Below, in pieces: positions 33,525 through 43,653 of a stretch of 64,000 bases of DNA. This stretch comes from Vicinamibacterales bacterium. GTDB taxonomy: Bacteria; Acidobacteriota; Vicinamibacteria; Vicinamibacterales; UBA8438. Below the pieces are notes generated by a model, which saw only the letters and a program-made list of their open reading frames with translations, was not told the origin of the DNA and did not search any database. The stretch covers positions 3,456,701 to 3,520,700 of the forward strand of contig OZ241843.1 in NCBI GenBank assembly GCA_965202695.1, read 5' to 3'. Made by a program: the position numbers and the translations under genes. Each line of letters starts with the position of its first letter. The first letter of the stretch is position 1.

Positions 33525-35263
33525 ACTTGAAATTCCCGCGGCTGCGCCACCTCTCGGCGGCCGGACCGGCCATCGGCAGGTGTTCTTCACGGAGCACGAT
33601 CGAGGGCGCGGCGCCTGGGCGCAGCCGGGCCGGAAAACCCGTTCCGCGGACGAATGTCCGCGGCCTGCATCGGCGCCTGCGGCGTGCGGCGCGCATCGCC
33701 CTGCGCGTCGATCGGGGCATCGCCGAGCGCTATCTCGCGGGAACCCCGCGGCCCAAACTGCACGTGGGCTGCGGCGGTCACGTGCTGGAAGGCTGGCTGA
33801 ACTCCGACCTGTTCCCCGGCTCCACCAACGTCCTTGGCCTGGATGCGACGAATCCATTTCCCTTTTCGGCGGACACCTTCGCATACGTGTACAGCGAGCA
33901 CGTGATTGGGAGCCTGTCTTTCGAGGGTGCGGCCCTCATGCTGGACGAGTGCTTTCGGGTGCTTGCTCCGGGCGGCAAGCTGCGCATCGTCACTCCTGAC
34001 CTGGCCTTCCTGACGGACTTGTACGGGCGGAATCTCTCGGAGACGCAGAAACGGTACGTCGAGTGGTTCGGTGCTGAAACCGGGTCGCCGCGTGGGGAGA
34101 TCGGTTTCGTGGTCAACGGCTACATGCGCGCGTGGGGGCTTCAGGTCGTGTATGACGCCCGCATGCTGTGCGGCGCGCTCGACGCCGCCGGCTTCTCCGA
34201 CGTGACGCGGCGCGGCCTGAACGAAAGCGACGACGGCGCGCTGCGCAATCTGGCGAACGAACGGCGGCTGCCGGAGGACCTTCTGCGGTTGGAGTCGCTC
34301 ACGGTCGAAGGGAGCAAGCCGAACCCGAGTTCGCGGGACGGCGGCGAGCGGGGTTCCCACGGTCGGCATGCGATCCGCGGCCGCTCGGGCGCGGCGGCCG
34401 TCGGGGGCGGCGGCCGAGGCGTCGCCGCCGCGGTCGGGCGTTCGGTTTCGGCGCGGGGCCGATGCTGGTTGCAGAGGCTGGTCCACGGCGGACGCCAGCT
34501 GCGGCGGCGCGCGTCGCGCATCGTGCGGCGCACGGAACGACGCATCGTCGAGAGCTATCTCGCGGAGACCCGCGAACCGAAGTTGCACCTCGGCTGCTAC
34601 GAGGAGATCTTCGACGGCTGGTTGAACGCCGATCTGGCGCCGCGCTTCGCGGAAGTGATGCGCGTCGATGCGGAGCGTCCGTTGCCCTTTCCGAACGACA
34701 CGTTCGTATACGTGTACAGCGAGTACATGCTGGGTTCCGTCGCCTTTCGGAGAGTGCCGGCCATGTTGCAGGAATGCTTCCGGGTGCTGGCCCCCGGCGG
34801 CAAGTTGCGAATCGCGACGACCGACATGGCTTTTCTCGCCCGTCTGTGCGGTCCGGAACGCTCTCCCTTGCAGCAGCGGTACATGCGGTGGGTGGGCGAC
34901 CGTCGCCTGATGCGGTGCCGGCACGGTCTGTGCCGCGAGTGGCGGCGGCCGCGGGGCGCGCGAACCCCCAGGGGAACCGCGCGCCGACCGCGGCCGGTCG
35001 AACCCGGCGTCTTCTTCAACCATCACCTCCATGCGGACTCGGAGCGGTTCATTTACGACGCGCCGGTCCTGGGCGGGATGCTCGAAGGCGCCGGGTTTTC
35101 GAACGTCGTGCGATGCGGACTGAACCGGAGCGACGATTCGGCGCTGTGCGGCCTGGCGAACGAGAAGCGGATGCCGGACGGTTTTCTCGATATGGAATGT
35201 CTGGTCCTGGAAGCCACCAAGCCGGTCGAGCACGGCCTTGCGGAGTCCACCGGTCGGTATTGA
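33521..35263 (+). CDS. Tandem-fused double SAM-dependent methyltransferase (two Methyltransf_11/23-like modules in one ORF)
   Basis: Module 1 carries KLHVGCGGHVLEGWLNSDL...ECFRVLAPGGKLRIVTPD. Module 2 carries KLHLGCYEEIFDGWLNADL...ECFRVLAPGGKLRIATTD. The start forms an ATGA overlap with the upstream stop. Confidence 0.7.
   Translation: MNLKFPRLRHLSAAGPAIGRCSSRSTIEGAAPGRSRAGKPVPRTNVRGLHRRLRRAARIALRVDRGIAERYLAGTPRPKLHVGCGGHVLEGWLNSDLFPGSTNVLGLDATNPFPFSADTFAYVYSEHVIGSLSFEGAALMLDECFRVLAPGGKLRIVTPDLAFLTDLYGRNLSETQKRYVEWFGAETGSPRGEIGFVVNGYMRAWGLQVVYDARMLCGALDAAGFSDVTRRGLNESDDGALRNLANERRLPEDLLRLESLTVEGSKPNPSSRDGGERGSHGRHAIRGRSGAAAVGGGGRGVAAAVGRSVSARGRCWLQRLVHGGRQLRRRASRIVRRTERRIVESYLAETREPKLHLGCYEEIFDGWLNADLAPRFAEVMRVDAERPLPFPNDTFVYVYSEYMLGSVAFRRVPAMLQECFRVLAPGGKLRIATTDMAFLARLCGPERSPLQQRYMRWVGDRRLMRCRHGLCREWRRPRGARTPRGTARRPRPVEPGVFFNHHLHADSERFIYDAPVLGGMLEGAGFSNVVRCGLNRSDDSALCGLANEKRMPDGFLDMECLVLEATKPVEHGLAESTGRY
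34947..34995. repeat. 49-bp near-perfect palindrome embedded in frame in methyltransferase module 2
   Basis: ggccgcgg-ggcgcgcg-aacccccaggggaac-cgcgcgcc-ga-ccgcggcc. It encodes the Arg-rich insert RRPRGARTPRGTARRPRP, which module 1 lacks. Confidence 0.8.
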
Positions 35264-35283
35264 CGACGGCGGCATGGAGGCGG

Positions 35284-36156
35284 ATGTCGACCAGACACCG
35301 GTTGAAGGCGGCGGTTGAACTCGTTCGAATGTCGCTGCGTCATCGGGGCGTCGCGCGGGACGTCGTGGACGCGCTGGCGCGCGGGAGAGGTCGGGACCTG
35401 CGCTGCCTGGCGCGCCACGCGCGGCGAACGCCGGACGTCAGAGCGGAAAAGGTCGTGTCCCGGAAGTTCCGGTATCTCTGGATCTGCAATCCGAAGGTGG
35501 CGTCGCGGAGCATCATGTCCGCGCTGTTGTCCGTGGACCCGGATGCGGACGTCATCTTCGGAAAAACGGCCTCGGAAGTTCATGCGGCGCACCCGGAAGC
35601 GAGGAGCTACTACAGCTTCGCGTTCATCAGGCACCCCTTCGACCGCGCGCTCTCGTGGCATGTGAACATGCGTTTCTCCCGGGAGCGCGTCGAGGGAGTA
35701 ATGCACCACGTCGCCCTGCTGAGACAGAAGCAGAACCTTGCGGAGTCCTTTTACGGACTGGCGGAGGTGGATGGTTTCGACGACTTCTGCGCGTGGTTGA
35801 ACACGCCTTACGGTTCGGATGCATTCGCCGACAGGCATTTCTTGTCCCAGAAAGCGCAGATAAGTCTCGAAGACGGCCGCCTGCCCGATTTCATCGGCTG
35901 TCTGGAGAACGTCGAAGACGACTGGCGGCGCGTGGCGGCCCGGCTGGCCCTCCCGGTCTCGGAACTGCCGAGATTGAACACGATGGCCGGATGGCGGGCG
36001 CCGTCGCGGCAGGCGCTGCAGGCGGCGCGCGCGGCGGCGCGCGTTCTTCTGACGGAGCGGAACGAGGCGTTGCTGAGAAGACGGTATGCGGCCGACCTGG
36101 AGCTTTATGAGAGCGTTTCGAAGGCCGGAAATCGTGGGCGGGAGCGCCGGCCATGA
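35284..36156 (+). CDS. Carbohydrate sulfotransferase-like protein (Sulfotransfer_2 / CHST-like), copy 2
   Basis: FRYLWICNPKVASRS and YYSFAFIRHPFDRALS motifs. It aligns end-to-end with 43654..44526. Confidence 0.7.
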   Translation: MSTRHRLKAAVELVRMSLRHRGVARDVVDALARGRGRDLRCLARHARRTPDVRAEKVVSRKFRYLWICNPKVASRSIMSALLSVDPDADVIFGKTASEVHAAHPEARSYYSFAFIRHPFDRALSWHVNMRFSRERVEGVMHHVALLRQKQNLAESFYGLAEVDGFDDFCAWLNTPYGSDAFADRHFLSQKAQISLEDGRLPDFIGCLENVEDDWRRVAARLALPVSELPRLNTMAGWRAPSRQALQAARAAARVLLTERNEALLRRRYAADLELYESVSKAGNRGRERRP

Positions 36157-37295
36157 ACGTCCTCGTGGATCTGCTTTTCATCGTGCCGGGAAGGAACCGG
36201 GGGGTCAGAACCTATGTGGACAACCTGCTGACGGAGATGAGGGACGTGCCCGGTACGAACGTCACGTGCCTCACCAATCGGCGCAACCACGACTATTATC
36301 GGAACGAGCTGCGGTTTCGATGCCGCGCCGCTCCGGTCGGGGGCGGCAACCGGGGCATCCGGTTGCTGTACCAACAGGTCGGGACCGGACTCGCGGCGAA
36401 GAGAATCGGGGCGGACGTGCTCTTCTGCCCGGGATTTTTTGCCCCGGTCCTTGCCGGTCTTCCCACCGTCGTGACTGTCCACGACGTGGGTTTCGAGGAC
36501 ATTTCGGCGTCGGCGCCGGCGGCGCACCGGTTGGTCCAGAGGCTGTTGATTCCCCCGGGCGTCCGTTCCGCGTCGCGGATCGTCACGGTTTCCCGGTTTT
36601 CGAAGGACCGCATCATGGAGGAGCTGGGCATCGCCGAGGACCGGATTGCCGTGATCCACAACGGACCTCCGTTGAACCTCGACGCGTCCGCGGAGAGCGA
36701 CTGGCCGCGCCTTCGACGGGAACACGGGGTGCGCGGCCGGTTCTTTCTTTCCATTTCCGACGGCCGTCCGCACAAGAACGTCGCGCGGCTGGTTCGCGCA
36801 TTCGTGAAGATGAAGAAGGTGTGCGGCGGCGACTGGCAGCTCGTTCTCGTGGGCCACGAGCTGGACGGAGAGACCCGGGCGCACATGGTGCGAGAGGGTT
36901 TCGGCGACGACGTGATCGCGACCGGGTTCGTGAGCGAAGCGGAGAAGATCTCGTTCTTGAGAAATGGTTTCGCCCATGTCTTTCCGTCCTTGCACGAAGG
37001 GTTCGGTCTGCCCGCGCTCGAGGCGCAGTCGTGCGGCCTGCCGCTGGCGTCGTCGAGATACGGCAGCCTTCCGGAAGTATGCGGTGAAGGGGCGGTCTAT
37101 TTCGATGCGACGTCGGTCGAGAGCATTGCCGCCGTCTTGATCGAACTCTGCCGGAACGCCGCTTTGCGGGAAAGGATCGTCAAGAAGGGGTACGAAAACG
37201 CGGGTCGTTTTTCGTGGAGACGGGCGGCGATTGCAACGGCGGCGGTTCTGGAAAGCGCCGCCCGAGGGGAGCCGAAGCGCGGCGGTCATGGCTGA
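36153..37295 (+). CDS. Glycosyltransferase family 4 (GT-B)
   Basis: FPSLHEGFGLPALEAQSCGLP (E-x7-E region); ATGA overlap with the upstream stop. Confidence 0.8.
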   Translation: MNVLVDLLFIVPGRNRGVRTYVDNLLTEMRDVPGTNVTCLTNRRNHDYYRNELRFRCRAAPVGGGNRGIRLLYQQVGTGLAAKRIGADVLFCPGFFAPVLAGLPTVVTVHDVGFEDISASAPAAHRLVQRLLIPPGVRSASRIVTVSRFSKDRIMEELGIAEDRIAVIHNGPPLNLDASAESDWPRLRREHGVRGRFFLSISDGRPHKNVARLVRAFVKMKKVCGGDWQLVLVGHELDGETRAHMVREGFGDDVIATGFVSEAEKISFLRNGFAHVFPSLHEGFGLPALEAQSCGLPLASSRYGSLPEVCGEGAVYFDATSVESIAAVLIELCRNAALRERIVKKGYENAGRFSWRRAAIATAAVLESAARGEPKRGGHG

Positions 37296-37322
37296 CCGGG
37301 GTCGGTCGCGGCCGCGCTACGC

Positions 37323-40151
37323 ATGGACCGCAACGGGGCCTGTCCGTTGACTGCGAAAGCCGTTCCGCGGCCGAACGCCGTTCGATACAACGACTGGCGC
37401 GAAGTCGGCGTCGAAGCCCTGGACGTCTTCACGCCGTCCCTGCCGGTGAGCGTCGTCGTTCCGTGCTGGCAGACGCCGGACAGGACGCTGGCCGTGACCC
37501 TGGCGGGGTTGGAAAGGCAGTCGTATCCGCGCCGCCTGTTCGAGGTGGTCCTCGTCGACGACGGTTCGCGGCCGCCGCTGCGAGCGCCGGCCGTGACGCC
37601 GCTCGACCTGAAGGTCGTGCGTCAGGAGCGCCGCGGATTCGGGCTGGCGCGGGCGCGGAACGCGGGCGCCCGCGCGGCCGCCCACGACGTCCTTCTGTTT
37701 CTGGACAGCGACGTTCTCGTGGAGAAGGACTGGATCGCGGCGCACGCGCGGTGGCATCATGCCGTCTCCGACGTCGTGACGACGGGGCACGTGGCCCACG
37801 TGGGTATGGACGGCGTCGATCCGGAGACCATTCGGCTCCGGGGCGGGGCGTTGCGGGAGCTGTTTTCGGACCGGGCGACGAGGAACCCCGGGATAGAGAG
37901 CCACCTGGCGGCGACCGGTGGTCTGACGTCGCGGCGGGACGATCCGTTCCGGATGACGTCCGGCGGGAATCTGGGTGTGGGCAAGGCGTACTACGAGCTG
38001 GTGGGCGGGTACGACGAATCGTTTGCGCGCTGGGGATTCGAGGATACGGAGTTCGGCTACCGGGCGTACTGCCGCGGCGGACTGCTGGTGCCGGAACCGG
38101 ATGCCTTCGCGTGGCATCAGGGCGTCTGGAGGGAGGAAAGGGAAGCCAAGGCGCGGAGCCATCAGATCCAGCGTGGAAAGGCGGCGCACCTGATTGCCCA
38201 TCCCGATTTTCGCAGCGATCAACCCGGCCGCTTTTTCGCGGTGCCCCAGTTCGTGGTGACCGTCGTCGATTCCGCTGCGAAGCGGCGCTCGACCAGCTCG
38301 GTCGTACGGGCGGTGGCGAACGTCCTCGCCGACCGGGTGCACGACCTCGTGGTGAGGATCGAAACGGACGCCGGGGACGGCGGCGAGCGGGTGGCGCGGC
38401 TTCGGGAAGAGTTCGCTCCCGACCCGCGGGTGCGCGTGGTCCCCGCGCGCCCGGCCCTCGACGAGTTTCCGGTGTCGCCGTTCCAGGTCGTGCTTCCCGC
38501 CGTCGGGTTTGCGAGGGGCGTGGTGCATCGTCTCCGCGCCCGGCTGGGGGACGCGGTCACGGCGACCGCGGATCTCGCCGACGGAAGCGCGGTTTCGATA
38601 ACCCGCGCGTGGGCGTTGCACCGGGCGCGCCGCACGGGCCGGCGCGCAAGCGACTTCGGCGATGCGCGAACGGTGCCCGTCTGGGCGTTGAAGCTCGATG
38701 CGGCCGGCCGGCGGAGCGCCGCGGACGCTCCGGAGTCGGAATGCTATCCTGATACGCGGGAGCGGCTGTTGGCGAGGGCGCGAAACGTCCGCGGTCCGGG
38801 CGACGCCTGGGCGTTTCTGGGCTGGCTGGGCGAAACCGGACGCCGGAAGGCGGATACGGCCTGGCGCGCGGCCGGTCAGCGTCTCCGGCTCGCGAGGCGA
38901 AGCCGCCGCGGAACGGCGCGGTCGGCGGCCCCGGGACGCCGGATGCCGAAGGAACGTCCGCCGTTCGGCGTCCGGCGGGTCGTGTTCGTCGCGAACGGGC
39001 TGTCGGCCGGGGGCGTCGAGCGGGACATCGTCAACCTCGCCGCCGGTCTGGAACGTCGGCGCCAGCACGTCGAGGTGCTGAAGTATGCGCCGGAGGATTT
39101 CTTCGCCGCGGATCTGGCGGCCGCCGGCGTTCCCGTGGCGGACGTCCATGCCCGCGGCCGGCTCGGGTTGATCTTCGCCATGCGCAGGGCCATTCGAAGC
39201 CGCCGGCCCGACGTGGTCGTCGCCTTCGACTGGGGACCGAACAAGCTGGCGGTCCTGGCGGGTCTGCCCCGGCGCGAGTTCGCGGTCATCGTGTCGGAAC
39301 GCAGTCTCGACGCGTCCGGCCGAAGCATGAAGCGGAGGCGCCTGCACTATGCCCTGCACCTGCTCGCCGACGCCGTGGTGACGAATTCCCACGCGCAGCA
39401 GGGGCGTATGATGGAGCGGGCGCCGTATCTGGCGAAACGCATTCGGGTCATCGTCAACGGCGTCGATCTGGAGCGGTTCTCGCCACGTTCCGATGACGGG
39501 CGCCGGCCGGAGAGCGCGGACCGCCTGCGAGTGCTGGCCCCGTCGCGGATACGCGAGGAGAAGAATCCCATCGGATTGCTGGAAGCGGTGGACGTCGTCC
39601 GCCGGGAACGGCCGTCGCTGCGCCTGACGATAGACTGGTACGGGAATCCGGTGGCCGCGGACGAGGGACGCGTGCCCGGATGGGAGCTTCGCTCCCGCCG
39701 GCGTTCCGCGGGGTACCACCGTCGCCTGCGGCAGGCCATCGCCGAGCGTGGCTTGCAGGACCGGTTCCGCCTGCATCCGGCCGCAAGAGACGTGACGCCG
39801 CTTTACCGGGCGGCGGACGCCGTCTGTCTGCCGTCGTTCTTCGAGGGGACCTCCAACGTCGTTTGCGAGGCCATGGCCTGCGGCGTTCCGCTGCTGGTCA
39901 GCCGGGTCGGCGACAACCCGCGCCTGGTGCGGGACGGCCGCAACGGACTGCTGTTCGACCCGGAGTCGCCGCGGGACATCGCCGATGCGATCCTGCGCTT
40001 CGCCGACACGCCGGCCGACGGCCGGCGCCGCATGGGGATGGAGAGCCGCCGCATCGCGGAAGCGACGTTGTCGGAGAGCGTGTTCGTGGACCGCTACGTG
40101 AAGCTGATGGACCAGCTGTGCCGCTCGGGCGAACGGAGAGTCGCTCCATGA
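37323..40151 (+). CDS. Bifunctional fusion: N-terminal GT2 module (+ accessory domain) and C-terminal GT4 module
   Basis: The N-terminal half carries VSVVVPCWQT...VLVDDGS...GFGLARARNAG...WGFEDTEFGYR. The C-terminal half carries VVFVANGLSAGGVERDIV...LPSFFEGTSNVVCEAMACGVP. Confidence 0.75.
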   Translation: MDRNGACPLTAKAVPRPNAVRYNDWREVGVEALDVFTPSLPVSVVVPCWQTPDRTLAVTLAGLERQSYPRRLFEVVLVDDGSRPPLRAPAVTPLDLKVVRQERRGFGLARARNAGARAAAHDVLLFLDSDVLVEKDWIAAHARWHHAVSDVVTTGHVAHVGMDGVDPETIRLRGGALRELFSDRATRNPGIESHLAATGGLTSRRDDPFRMTSGGNLGVGKAYYELVGGYDESFARWGFEDTEFGYRAYCRGGLLVPEPDAFAWHQGVWREEREAKARSHQIQRGKAAHLIAHPDFRSDQPGRFFAVPQFVVTVVDSAAKRRSTSSVVRAVANVLADRVHDLVVRIETDAGDGGERVARLREEFAPDPRVRVVPARPALDEFPVSPFQVVLPAVGFARGVVHRLRARLGDAVTATADLADGSAVSITRAWALHRARRTGRRASDFGDARTVPVWALKLDAAGRRSAADAPESECYPDTRERLLARARNVRGPGDAWAFLGWLGETGRRKADTAWRAAGQRLRLARRSRRGTARSAAPGRRMPKERPPFGVRRVVFVANGLSAGGVERDIVNLAAGLERRRQHVEVLKYAPEDFFAADLAAAGVPVADVHARGRLGLIFAMRRAIRSRRPDVVVAFDWGPNKLAVLAGLPRREFAVIVSERSLDASGRSMKRRRLHYALHLLADAVVTNSHAQQGRMMERAPYLAKRIRVIVNGVDLERFSPRSDDGRRPESADRLRVLAPSRIREEKNPIGLLEAVDVVRRERPSLRLTIDWYGNPVAADEGRVPGWELRSRRRSAGYHRRLRQAIAERGLQDRFRLHPAARDVTPLYRAADAVCLPSFFEGTSNVVCEAMACGVPLLVSRVGDNPRLVRDGRNGLLFDPESPRDIADAILRFADTPADGRRRMGMESRRIAEATLSESVFVDRYVKLMDQLCRSGERRVAP

Positions 40152-41179
40152 AACTCGCGCACGTCGTCGTCACGATTTTCTGCGTTCGGACGCGGGACAT
40201 GTTCAGGCACGTGCACGGACCGGTCTGGAGCGAGCGCGACCCGTTGCGGCGCCGCTACGTGAATTATCGCCTGAAACTTCTCGAAACGATCTGTCTGCCG
40301 AGCATCCTGGCCCAGAGCTGCCGGGACTTCACGTGGGTGATTCTCGTGGACGGCGACCTCGACGCGGTCTCCCGGGAGAGACTCGAGCGCGTGGTTCGTC
40401 CGGGCCGCGCGGACGCGCGGATCAGGCTGCGCGAGTACCGTCCGGGCGACGGGCGCGGGATGGAGAAGCTGGGCTGGTTGAAACCGTATCTGGCGGAGCG
40501 GCCGGATTACGTCGTCACCACGGCCTGCGACAGCGACGAAGCGTTGCCGCGGCGTTTCGTCGAGACGGTTCGCACCCACGTCGACGGCCTCGCGGCGCGG
40601 GGCGCGTTGCCCCTGGTCCAGATCATGGGAATGAAGAAGGCGTCGATCTGGGACATGCTGTTCACGCGCGAGGCGCCTTTTGGATGGGTTCGGGACGACC
40701 ACCGGTTGCCGCACGTCGGGAGCAGCGGTTTCGCCCTGTTGTCGCGTTACTCTTGCGACGTCAGCGTCATGGGCATGAGGCATACGCGGGCCGAAGCCTA
40801 TTTCGGAAACGGCCCTGGGAACCGGCATCTGGACTTCTACCGGCGGAGGTTCCGGGAAACGCTCGGACCGGCGGTTCCGACGCCCGACGAGGGGTTCTTC
40901 GACGTAAGCTCGGCCGGTGGCACGCTGGTCACCAATCACGGGGCCAACGTGGAACTCTCGCAGTGGCGCCCGGCCGTCAACTCGCGATTGGCCAACGGTG
41001 TCGTCTGGGAAATGTTCAAGGGCGCGCCGCCCGGGCGCCGCAAGGTCACGGAGGCCGAAACGTTTCAAGACTTCGCGATAGATTGGAACAAGCTCCGGCT
41101 CCACGCTCGGGATTTCAACCGTTGGCGGGTTGCGCTCAGGACCATCGAGCGGAAGTTTCACCCGTCCAACTCCAGTTGA
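40148..41179 (+). CDS. Putative rhamnosyltransferase-like protein (Rhamno_transf / PF11316-like)
   Basis: HVVVTIFCVRTR...RLKLLETICLPSILAQSCRDFTWVILVD resembles the N-terminal signature of that family as I recall it. ATGA overlap with the upstream stop. Confidence 0.45.
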   Translation: MKLAHVVVTIFCVRTRDMFRHVHGPVWSERDPLRRRYVNYRLKLLETICLPSILAQSCRDFTWVILVDGDLDAVSRERLERVVRPGRADARIRLREYRPGDGRGMEKLGWLKPYLAERPDYVVTTACDSDEALPRRFVETVRTHVDGLAARGALPLVQIMGMKKASIWDMLFTREAPFGWVRDDHRLPHVGSSGFALLSRYSCDVSVMGMRHTRAEAYFGNGPGNRHLDFYRRRFRETLGPAVPTPDEGFFDVSSAGGTLVTNHGANVELSQWRPAVNSRLANGVVWEMFKGAPPGRRKVTEAETFQDFAIDWNKLRLHARDFNRWRVALRTIERKFHPSNSS

Positions 41180-41368
41180 ACACCGGGAACCTTTGCCTCG
41201 GACCGCCGGTTCCCGCGGACGTGTGATCGCGCGGCCGCCAGCGGAAGTCGCCCGGGAGGAGACGATCCGTCCCGACCGAGCAGGACCGGGGGGCGGGACC
41301 TGGTCTGGATCCGATTCGGAAGGATGCATCGACGTCCAGGCGACGGGAACCTCGAACCAGGACCGAAG

Positions 41369-42892
41369 ATGGACCCGCGACCCAATTCCGTCTGGTACAA
41401 CGACTGGCGGCAGGTGGACGTGGAGCCGCTGGAGACCTTCACGCCGGCCCTGCCGGTCAGCATCATAGTTCCCTGCTACCAGACGCCGGCCGCGGCGCTG
41501 GAGAGGACCCTGGCTTCGCTCGAAGGCCAGACCTATCCGCGGAAGATGTTCGAGGTGATACTCGTCGACGACGGTTCCGATCCGCCGCTGGCGCGGCCGC
41601 CTTCGACGCCGCTGGACGTGAAGGTCGTACGGAGGGAAAGAGGCGTATCGGGAAACACCCTGATGCGCAGCACCGCCGGCCAGGCGCGCGGCGCCGGCGT
41701 TCGGGCCGCGGCCCACGACATACTGCTCTTCGTCGACAGCGCCATGCTGGTCGAAGCCGGCTGGATGGCGGCGCACGCCCGTTGGCATCACGCGGTTTCC
41801 GACGCCCTCACCGTGGGCGTTCGCGCGCACGTGGACGTGTCGGACCTCGACGCGGAGTTGATTCGGAGCCGGCCGGGAACGCTGCGGGAACTGTTTTCGG
41901 ACCGGCCCACCGACCCGCCGCGGTATGAACGCCAACTGGCCGAAACCGATGATCTGACGTCGCGGGCGGACGATCCGTTTCAAATGGTCGTCGCAGGAAA
42001 TCTCGGGATACGCAAGCGTTTCTACCGGGCGCTGGGGGGGTTCAACGAGTCGTTCACGTTCTGGGGGCTCGAAGACGTCGAACTCGGCTACCGGGCCTAT
42101 ATTCGCGGCGGGCTGCTGGTGCCGGTTCGGCATCCCGGCGCCTGGCGTCAGGGCCGCTGGGACGACGACCGCGTCGCCAAGCGCCGAAGCACGCGGATCC
42201 AGCGTGGGATAGCGGCTCAATTCATCGCCGACCCGTGGTGCCGCGGTGACCGGCCCGGTCGGATCTTCACGGTGCCGCGGTACGTGGTGACCATCGACGC
42301 GGGACGATGTCCGGTTCACCGGGTCATCAGGGCGGTCGATGACGTTCTGACCGACCGCGCGCATGATCTGGTCGTGAGAATCGAAATGGATGCGAGCGAG
42401 GACGACGAACGATTCGTACGGCTGCGGGCGGAGTTCGGTCGAGACCCGCGGGTGCGCGTCGCTCCCGAGCGCGACGCCCTCGACGCCTTTTCCGCGTCGC
42501 CGTTTCACGTCAGGCTTCCCGCGGCGGTGGTCGCCAGGAACCTGGTGCATCGTCTGCGCAAGAAGCTGGGCGATGCGGCCACCGCGGTCTCCATTCTGCC
42601 GGGGGGCGGCACGGTGTCGATCACCCGGGCGTGGGCGCTTCACCGGGCGCGCCGCACCGGAAAGGACGTCGCCGTCTTCGGCGAGGCGCGGACGATACCC
42701 GCCGCCGCATTGAGGCTTGCGGTTGCCGGACGGACGGACGGCGCGGATCGCGGCGGGAGGGCGCCGGCCGGGGGCCGCGCGGCCCGTTGGCGCCGCGGGA
42801 CGGGGAACCTCGGTGGTTTCAGCGAGGCGTGGACGGTCCTGAAGCGCTGGAAGATTTCGGCGTGGCGGCGAGTGGTCGAGAAATTGCAATGA
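41369..42892 (+). CDS. Glycosyltransferase family 2 (+ accessory domain), paralog of the N-terminal half of 37323..40151
   Basis: Shared blocks are YNDWRxV, VSIIVPCYQT, AAHARWHHAVSD and SITRAWALHRARRTG. The usual GFG-x-ARN block is replaced by VSGNTLMRSTAGQARG. Confidence 0.7.
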   Translation: MDPRPNSVWYNDWRQVDVEPLETFTPALPVSIIVPCYQTPAAALERTLASLEGQTYPRKMFEVILVDDGSDPPLARPPSTPLDVKVVRRERGVSGNTLMRSTAGQARGAGVRAAAHDILLFVDSAMLVEAGWMAAHARWHHAVSDALTVGVRAHVDVSDLDAELIRSRPGTLRELFSDRPTDPPRYERQLAETDDLTSRADDPFQMVVAGNLGIRKRFYRALGGFNESFTFWGLEDVELGYRAYIRGGLLVPVRHPGAWRQGRWDDDRVAKRRSTRIQRGIAAQFIADPWCRGDRPGRIFTVPRYVVTIDAGRCPVHRVIRAVDDVLTDRAHDLVVRIEMDASEDDERFVRLRAEFGRDPRVRVAPERDALDAFSASPFHVRLPAAVVARNLVHRLRKKLGDAATAVSILPGGGTVSITRAWALHRARRTGKDVAVFGEARTIPAAALRLAVAGRTDGADRGGRAPAGGRAARWRRGTGNLGGFSEAWTVLKRWKISAWRRVVEKLQ

Positions 42893-43653
42893 TAGTATCT
42901 CACCGGCATGAATTCATATTCGTGCGCCCGCGCAAGGCCGCCGGCACCAGCATTCAGCTTTCGTTGGCCCGCGTGTGCGGCGAGCACGACGAAATCGACG
43001 GCGCGGACGTATTCGATCCGCGCGTGGACACCGATTGTTTCGGCCCGATGGAAGTGCGGAATCGCCGATCTGTTTCAGTGGATCGATGGGGGCACGTTCT
43101 GCCGGGTGCGGTCCGCGAGTCGGTCGGCGCCAGGATATGGGACAACTATTTCAAGTTCACCGTACTCAGAAATCCGTTCGACCTGATCGTGTCCTATATC
43201 TACTTCAAGTTCACGGCCGACTGGGTGGGGATCCTGGGACGGAACCCGTACCTGTTCCGCAGGCCGCGCTACGCTTTTCGACGCCTGGATCTGGCTCGGA
43301 CGCGCCGCTTGTTTCTGCAGGGCCGCCGCCGGGAAAGCGTCGAACGGATTCTGAAAAGGGCATTTTACAGGAATATTCACGAAGTTCCGATGTTCTACTT
43401 CCTGGACGGACAGGAATATGCGGATTACTACGTGCGCTACGAAAACTTGCAGGACGATTACGACGAATTGTGTCGACGGTTGCAGATTCCTTCGCAGAAA
43501 CTTCCCAGAACCAAGGACAAGTTGAGAGAGGCAGGTGACGATTATCGCGATTATTATTCGGACTGGTCGTGGGAATATGTCGCGGATTTGTGCCGGGACG
43601 TGATAATGAACTGGTATCCTGAACTTCAGACCCGTCGCTTCCGTCTTCCTTGA
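42889..43653 (+). CDS. Divergent sulfotransferase-like protein (copy 4), in a visibly lower-G+C segment
   Basis: FIFVRPRKAAGTSIQ is P-loop-like (5'-PSB) and FTVLRNPFDLIVSYIY is 3'-PB-like. ATGA overlap with the upstream stop. Confidence 0.5.
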   Translation: MIVSHRHEFIFVRPRKAAGTSIQLSLARVCGEHDEIDGADVFDPRVDTDCFGPMEVRNRRSVSVDRWGHVLPGAVRESVGARIWDNYFKFTVLRNPFDLIVSYIYFKFTADWVGILGRNPYLFRRPRYAFRRLDLARTRRLFLQGRRRESVERILKRAFYRNIHEVPMFYFLDGQEYADYYVRYENLQDDYDELCRRLQIPSQKLPRTKDKLREAGDDYRDYYSDWSWEYVADLCRDVIMNWYPELQTRRFRLP

